Notes under the pieces: model-generated
What the model saw: only the letters and a program-made list of their open reading frames with translations
Told to the model about the DNA's origin: nothing
Databases searched by the model: none
Position numbers and translations under genes: made by a program
In this document: positions 58,652 through 64,000 of the stretch, one piece after another
Position numbering within the stretch: position 1 is the stretch's first letter
How the letters are laid out: each line of letters begins with the position of its first letter
Source of the DNA: Cyanophora paradoxa CCMP329
Taxonomy: Eukaryota > Plantae > Glaucophyta
Direction of reading: 5' to 3'
Assembly (NCBI GenBank): GCA_004431415.1
Contig: QPMI01000701.1
Coordinates: 1 to 64,000 of the forward strand
Length of the DNA stretch: 64,000 nt

Positions 58652-59409
58652 TCATTGACCATGGCACCGTACGCTTGGCACCCGTTGACCGGGACCCTGC
58701 AGCTGGTGTAAGGAATTCGAACTCAGGAACTGATTTGAAAAACTTTTTTGGGGTTCAACGGTTATGCGCACTGCGGCATGCGTGATCATGACCGTCGGAC
58801 AATTCAAGTGGCTTCATGATCAAGGCTTGGGGCCGGGCACCACTGGACGAAGTTGGAGCGCTGGCACTGCCGCAGTGCGCATGCGGCACTGCAGCAGTAC
58901 TCGTGCGCCCAAGACTCTCACTGAGTCAGGCTCTCAGAGTCTGCTGCTGAGACCGTCGGACTCTGAGACTCTGAGTTTTCAAGTTTCACGAGTCCGACCG
59001 TAGGACGGTCATGATCACTGAGTCATGCCATGATGGCTTATATATGAGGGCCATCAATGGGCCAAACGCGAAAAGTCAACTCCGAGAGCTCGAGACTCGG
59101 AAGTGACGCTTGGATTGCGGAGGTTCTTATAACCGCCGCAACAGCTGTGGGGGTACCCCTTCCGAGGCTGGCGATCGCGGCGATCACGAGCCGATCGCGA
59201 CCCTGGCGATCGCGATTTTCTCCCGATCGCGACCCTTTTCGATCGCGATTTCGAGATCGGGGGCATTTCTGCGATCGCGAGAAAGGAAAAATCGGAAAAG
59301 GCCGAAAAGTGCGTTTTTCACGCGTGAAATCGACCCAAAACGAGGGTTCGAATCCCGGGGCCGGATTTGGACTTGGGTAAAATCTCGAGTCAAAATGGGA
59401 GAAAAATGC

Positions 59410-59481
59410 GACTTGGGACTTGGGACTTGGGACTTGGGACTTGGGACTTGGGACTTGGGACTTGGGACTTGGGACTTGGGA
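59410..59481. repeat. (GGGACTT)10 telomere-like heptamer array; degenerate copies near 59367 and 61502-61526
   Basis: Direct reading of the sequence. Confidence 0.95.
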
Positions 59482-59538
59482 AGAGTCGGAGTCAGAGTCT
59501 GGACTCAAAAGCGGGGAAATTTTCGGAAGGGGAGAAAA

Positions 59539-59778
59539 ATGGCAGACGAGCCCTATTACGATTTCCCCTTTGAGTTGAATATGGCATTCGAGAGGTTGCG
59601 CGAGTTCTGGCGTTGGCACATCACAGGACATGACATCCCCGGAATAAGACCAGTGCCCAACACACAGGGCGTCCTCGAAATTGTCCGTCAATATCCGCGT
59701 CGATTCAATGAATGGATTGAGTTCCACGCGACGAACCGTTTCCAAAGTCTCCCGAGGCCATACGCGAAAATTTCGTGA
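59539..59778 (+). CDS. Small intronless hypothetical protein (79 aa) in the island
   Basis: aaaaATG context; MADEPYYDFPFELNMAFERLREFWRWH... has normal protein-like composition. Confidence 0.4.
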   Translation: MADEPYYDFPFELNMAFERLREFWRWHITGHDIPGIRPVPNTQGVLEIVRQYPRRFNEWIEFHATNRFQSLPRPYAKIS

Positions 59779-60403
59779 GGCTGGTGGGGCCAGGCTACGA
59801 CAACCCTAACAATCATCGACACGTACCACATGAAGACAGGGCTATTGTTCGACGGGGACGGCGCATGAGACATCGCAGGGAGGCACGGGACGAGCGGACA
59901 GCCCTTCGCACCGGGGTAGGGCTCATCGAGAGGGAGGGGTACAGCCCCGGGATGTAGGGTACACCCAACCCCGAGACTCGACCTTCGGCGGACGCACTCG
60001 GGCGATTTCCGTCAGGCCGGCTCAGCGGGGTAGGGGGGCTTCGGTCCAACTTTTTTGCGGTCCAGTTTGCAGCAAAACAGGGGGGAGAAGGGACGTTTTC
60101 CGTGAGATTTCCTTCGGCCCAACATTTTTTTAGGTCCAGTTTGCAGCGAAGGAAGGGGGGAGAAACGTAAGAAAAGGCCAAATTTGGCTTTTTTCAGGCC
60201 AGTTCGCAACGTTTCTGCTGCAAACTAGCCCAGGAAAAAATTCGCCCACAAAACCGCGGTCCGCCGCCATTTTGGCTCACTCTTACAACGGGTTCGCCGC
60301 CTTCTCTCAGCCCAAGCAAACTCTGCCTCTCCGAATTTTCACAAGTCCGCTCTCTCAGTCACCTCACGTTTTGCCTTTGCTGATCTCTTTTCCCTTTGCG
60401 CAG

Positions 60404-61431
60404 ATGTCGCCTGTCTCTGAGATTCCCTCTGAGCTTGCCAAGGACTTTGCCAAGGCTCGCAATCTGCACAAGTCCGGACTTTGGCCTACCCTGCCATGGA
60501 GCGTCGCGCCAAGGCACTGGGGTACAACTACGGCTCCTACCACGGCTTGAACGGCGTCTGCTACCTTGGCCTTTTCCGCAAGGATGACGTCAAGAATCCC
60601 GAGCCCAAGCCCGCGCCGTCATTCGTCCCAACTCCCGAAATGCTCCAGCTTCAAGCCGAGTCTGCCGCCGAGACACTCGCCTGGGCCAACCCCCCTCAAG
60701 CCTTCACGAATTACCCCCCTCCGTCATCGTCGTCATCTGCCCCCGAGCCTGCCCCTCAGCCCGTCGCCGAGCCCGCCCCTCAGCCCGCCGATGACGCCAA
60801 GTCCGAGGCCTCTGACGCCGAGTCTGACATCAACGACTTCATCGACTTTGACGTGCCGATTCCATACGACTTGAGTCGTCTTCTGACTCTGAAGGCGACA
60901 ACGAAACCCGACTCGCAAGCGCCGCATTATCAAGACCAAGTCAATCGTCAAGAAGAAGTTCATGGAGACTACGTCATTCACCGACAACTCCGAGCGCGTC
61001 AAGGACCCCGCAAGGAAAACGCCAAGGACTTGAAGCTCGGCGCTGGCATTGCCCGTTCTCGTGTGACGTCACACTACAGCGAGCGCCTGACTCAGCACGT
61101 CAAGACCATTGAGAAGCGCGTCCTCTGCAACGAGCTCCGCAAGGAGTTGGGAGCGCAAGCGGCGCACGAGCGCCTTGTCCAGTACCAGATCAACAAGGCG
61201 CGGATCGCCGAGCGCAAGCAGAAGGAGGCAGCCGAGCTCAAGGCGCGCATCGAGGCTCAGCAGCAGCGCGAGGCAGAGGCGGCAGCGGCCTTGGCGGCGC
61301 AGCGCGAGCGCGAGCGGCAGGACTTGGTGCAGGCAGCGCAGGCCTTCCCGCATTCCCTTAAGTCGGCGCCGAGGGCCTCATTGAGTTGGTTTCCGATGAC
61401 GATGACTCTGACTTTGAGATGCTGTAAATAG
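60404..61431 (+). CDS. Island hypothetical protein with coiled coil; two apparent frameshifts
   Basis: Strong codon bias. MSPVSEIP.. joins YPAMERRAK.. after a 1-nt shift near 60483. An alternative-frame end reads GLIELVSDDDDSDFEML*. A pyrimidine-tract acceptor sits just before the ATG. Confidence 0.55.
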
Positions 61432-62362
61432 TATTGCGTCATTCCATTGTACATACTTGTAAAAATTGGCCGACTATTTCAGTTACGACTTGGCGCGATC
61501 CTGGGACTTGGACTTGGGACTTGGGAATTTCTTGATGTGTGCAATTGCAAATGTCGATGCAGAGGAAGCGCCCAAGACGTGATCGCACAGTTCATAGATC
61601 AGGTCAAGGACCTTAGACGCTGGGTGGTAGAGCAGGCCTCGCGACCGAATCGACAGCGCCAACCCTGGCCGGTGCTAGAGCTGGCCCGGGCAGGGTGGCT
61701 AGACACGCATTAACTCTGGCGGGGCCCTTTACGTTCGGAGCCACGACGAGGGCAGGATTATCGACGAGTTCAAGCGCATCTGGTTCGCCTGGGCTCCAAG
61801 CTCAGCATACTCTCGACCCTCCCGGACCACATTCGCATGCAAATCTCGAGTGGTACGCGAAGGCAAGGGACTCGCAATGGGACGACGTAAATTTGCGCGA
61901 CTCTCGCGCTTGCGCTCGGCTGTGACGGCGTATGTCACAAACTATGATTATCACGTCAAAAAGCCCCAATTCGAAGTTGAGCCAATTCCGATGAATCTGG
62001 TACCCCTGGGATGGGAAGAGTACCCCGAGTACTCGTGGAACAGGGGCCTCAACCCCCGCGCCAGGCCCTGCAGCCCCGCCCGCCCCACCGATAAACGGCC
62101 CCGCCCCGCGTGACGTCAGACGGGACATACGCGAATGGGAGGAGTGGAAGCAACGACCCGAAGAACTGGCTACCCGGGGAGGCGGAGCTGCGCAAGCGCG
62201 CGAGGCTGATGCCGGCGACAGGTACCCCGACGCGAGTAGGGGGTACAGGTATAAAATTCTCAGCGAGCCGCGAGCGAATGTCGTACGGCGATCAGGAAGC
62301 ATGGTTCAAGCTACACCGCTCTTTCCTGATAAATTCGGCAATGCGCGCTACCCCTCAACCTA

Positions 62363-63001
62363 ATGACACGAGTCAACCGGCGGACCAGGGAATTCAAAAT
62401 CGAAGTGTTTTCATCGTCCCCCGAGAGCGGCCGCTCCGCGGACAACGACTCCATGGCATGGTTATACGGCTTCGTCCAGCCTCGCGTCGGCAATAAGCCA
62501 GCCACCGTCGAAATAGAAAGCTACTACAACGATTACGGGCCGCAGGGGGGGTACGGGACGCCCGAGCAGAGGGATTCGATGCGGGGGGCGGGCAAAATCC
62601 TGATGCGGGCCGCTGTAGACGCACTGCAGCGCTCCGGGCTCATTAGCTCGTCGGACCCGGGCGAGCACGCGGTGGAGCTCAAAGCCCTCCCAAGCGCAGT
62701 GGAGTACTACGAAAGGGAATTGAGTCTGCGCAAGAGAGACCTCGCCTTTCTCACCTACACACCGTCCCTAACACCCATGGAGGGTACGGTGCAGAACATC
62801 ATCGACAACACGTACAACGTGGCCGTTCGCTGGCGCAAAGCGGCGGCGGATCTCGTAAAGGGCAACTACAAGGACCTCGCAGACGAAGACAACCCCGTGG
62901 GGGAGTACATGGAGCTGGCAAGCGGGAGCATCGTACCCCGCCGGAGGCCCCCATGGCCCCACCCCGACCTCGAGTGGGGACCGTCGCACTTCGGCCAGTG
63001 A
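62363..63001 (+). CDS. Intronless GNAT-like acetyltransferase
   Basis: Motif A-like MRGAGKILMRAAV and motif B-like VELKALPSAVEYYE. Confidence 0.55.
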   Translation: MTRVNRRTREFKIEVFSSSPESGRSADNDSMAWLYGFVQPRVGNKPATVEIESYYNDYGPQGGYGTPEQRDSMRGAGKILMRAAVDALQRSGLISSSDPGEHAVELKALPSAVEYYERELSLRKRDLAFLTYTPSLTPMEGTVQNIIDNTYNVAVRWRKAAADLVKGNYKDLADEDNPVGEYMELASGSIVPRRRPPWPHPDLEWGPSHFGQ

Positions 63002-63608
63002 GGGGGTACAGCATTCAGTTAGAGCCTGAGCGTAGTCAGAGGCCGGGAGGCCCCCCGGGGGGTACGTCGGCTGTTACTCCCCGCGTCGGTTAGTGCTAGC
63101 CCCCCTGTTAGTGCAGCGTGTACCTGATCGCAATATAACACCCAAACCTCCGTGACGCGTGACTCATCGAACCTCCGAGGGTTAACAATGCATTGACAGC
63201 GAAGGGGCAAGCTCGAGAGCTCGACCTTTGGCAAGAGCCCACTTATATATATATATATTGATCCTGGGACCCGGGATCCAGGCTTAATTATAAGGCATAA
63301 GAAGCTTATGCTCATGATCACTAAGTCAACGACCGGCTTGAACTCCCGAGGCTCGGAACTTGGCCCCCCGGGGCCTGCTACTCAGGCCTGCAGGGCCTCG
63401 AAGTCTCGCAAGCGGACTCGTGGTATCGACTGCACGACCCGGCGACTTCTCGCCCGACTTCGCGGCCAAGGCCTGCCCTATAGAGTACAGGGTTTCGCCG
63501 CTGCAGGGGACCCTCCATGCAGCCCGGCCGCCCAAGGAAGCGAACGCCGGTTCGGCGTTGGCATGGACGGCTCCGCGAGCGCCCGGCGACAGCGAGCGAG
63601 CGAGGGGA

Positions 63609-64000
63609 CTAGAAGGGCGCCCCCCGAAGCCGCCCCGCGCCCGAAGAACTGGTTGAAGAACTCCGGGGGGAAGCCGCCGCCGCCGCCCCCGCGCCGCCGC
63701 CGAAGCCGCCCATCCGTCGTCCGCCGGCCCGTTGGTCAGCTGCCGCCGGCCTCAGGGAAGAGAGAAGCGGAGCAAGCGGGACGGGGGATGAAGCGGGTGG
63801 GGGGTGGGGGGGGGGGGTGGGGGGGGGGGGGGGGGTACCTCCTCGTAGGCGGCGGTGATCTTCTTGAAGGCCTCGTCCGCCCCGGCACCGCGCACTTGTC
63901 TGCCCCGCCCCACAGCCGCCCCTCAGAGGCGCACGGGCGCGCGGGGCGGGGCGGGGCGGGCGGGGCGCACCGGGGTGGAACTTGCGGGCCTGCATGTAGT
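63609..64000 (-). CDS. DnaJ (J-domain) protein, 3' part only
   Basis: YMQARKFHP|DK...ADEAFKKITAAYEE, followed by G/F-rich GGFGGG..PEFFNQFFG. Confidence 0.8.
   Translation of the reverse strand, partial: YMQARKFHPGAPRPPRPAPRARAPLRGGCGAGQTSARCRGGRGLQEDHRRLRGGTPPPPPTPPPHPPPASSPVPLAPLLSSLRPAAADQRAGGRRMGGFGGGAGAAAAASPRSSSTSSSGAGRLRGAPF

Larger units (their letters stand above)
59040..63260. mobile_element. Compositionally foreign island (candidate transposon or endogenous viral fragment) between TA runs
   Basis: Lower GC, no G/C skew oscillation, nearly intronless same-strand ORFs and internal repeats. TATAT at about 59039 and (TA)n at 63244-63257. No hallmark mobility gene seen. Confidence 0.5.

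Noticed and set aside
59008-63329. tcatgatcact(g/a)agtca on both sides of the island as a target-site duplication
   Set aside because: One mismatch, offset from the TA boundaries, and similar words occur in ordinary spacers (about 17400-17500).
1-64000. Hundreds of long Pro/Arg/Gly/Ala-rich ORFs in the track
   Set aside because: Stop-poor shadow frames of very GC-rich DNA and read-through of introns; not independent genes.

Overview
Very GC-rich, intron-dense eukaryotic nuclear DNA. The ORF track is mostly misleading because genes are cut by many short introns (mostly about 55-100 nt), so I rebuilt exons by hand. Nuclear murC and murG with Phe-containing plastid transit peptides (MAFV.., MASFV..), plus two LCIB/theta-carbonic anhydrase genes, point to a glaucophyte alga such as Cyanophora (inference). 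There are about 25 host genes, including an ethylene-receptor-type hybrid histidine kinase, a GP42/Pep-13-type transglutaminase, a Polycomb-like PHD-WH-chromo protein, an M91-type metalloprotease, SMYD, three F-box proteins, Nudix, Dabb, a two-domain thioredoxin-like protein, a DUF3493-methyltransferase fusion, a BED-finger protein and a partial DnaJ. A roughly 4.2 kb compositionally foreign island (59040-63260) carries (GGGACTT)n repeats and a GNAT-like ORF. Top observations: (1) an oscillation of G/C skew every 150-250 bp that drives synonymous codon choice and sets intron positions, with frequent GC-AG introns; (2) a Tat-signal LCIB paralog beside a probably stromal one; (3) an ethylene-binding domain with all key residues intact. 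Coordinates are gene spans that include introns. Several ends are uncertain because of probable homopolymer indels. Family comparisons are from memory; no searches were run.
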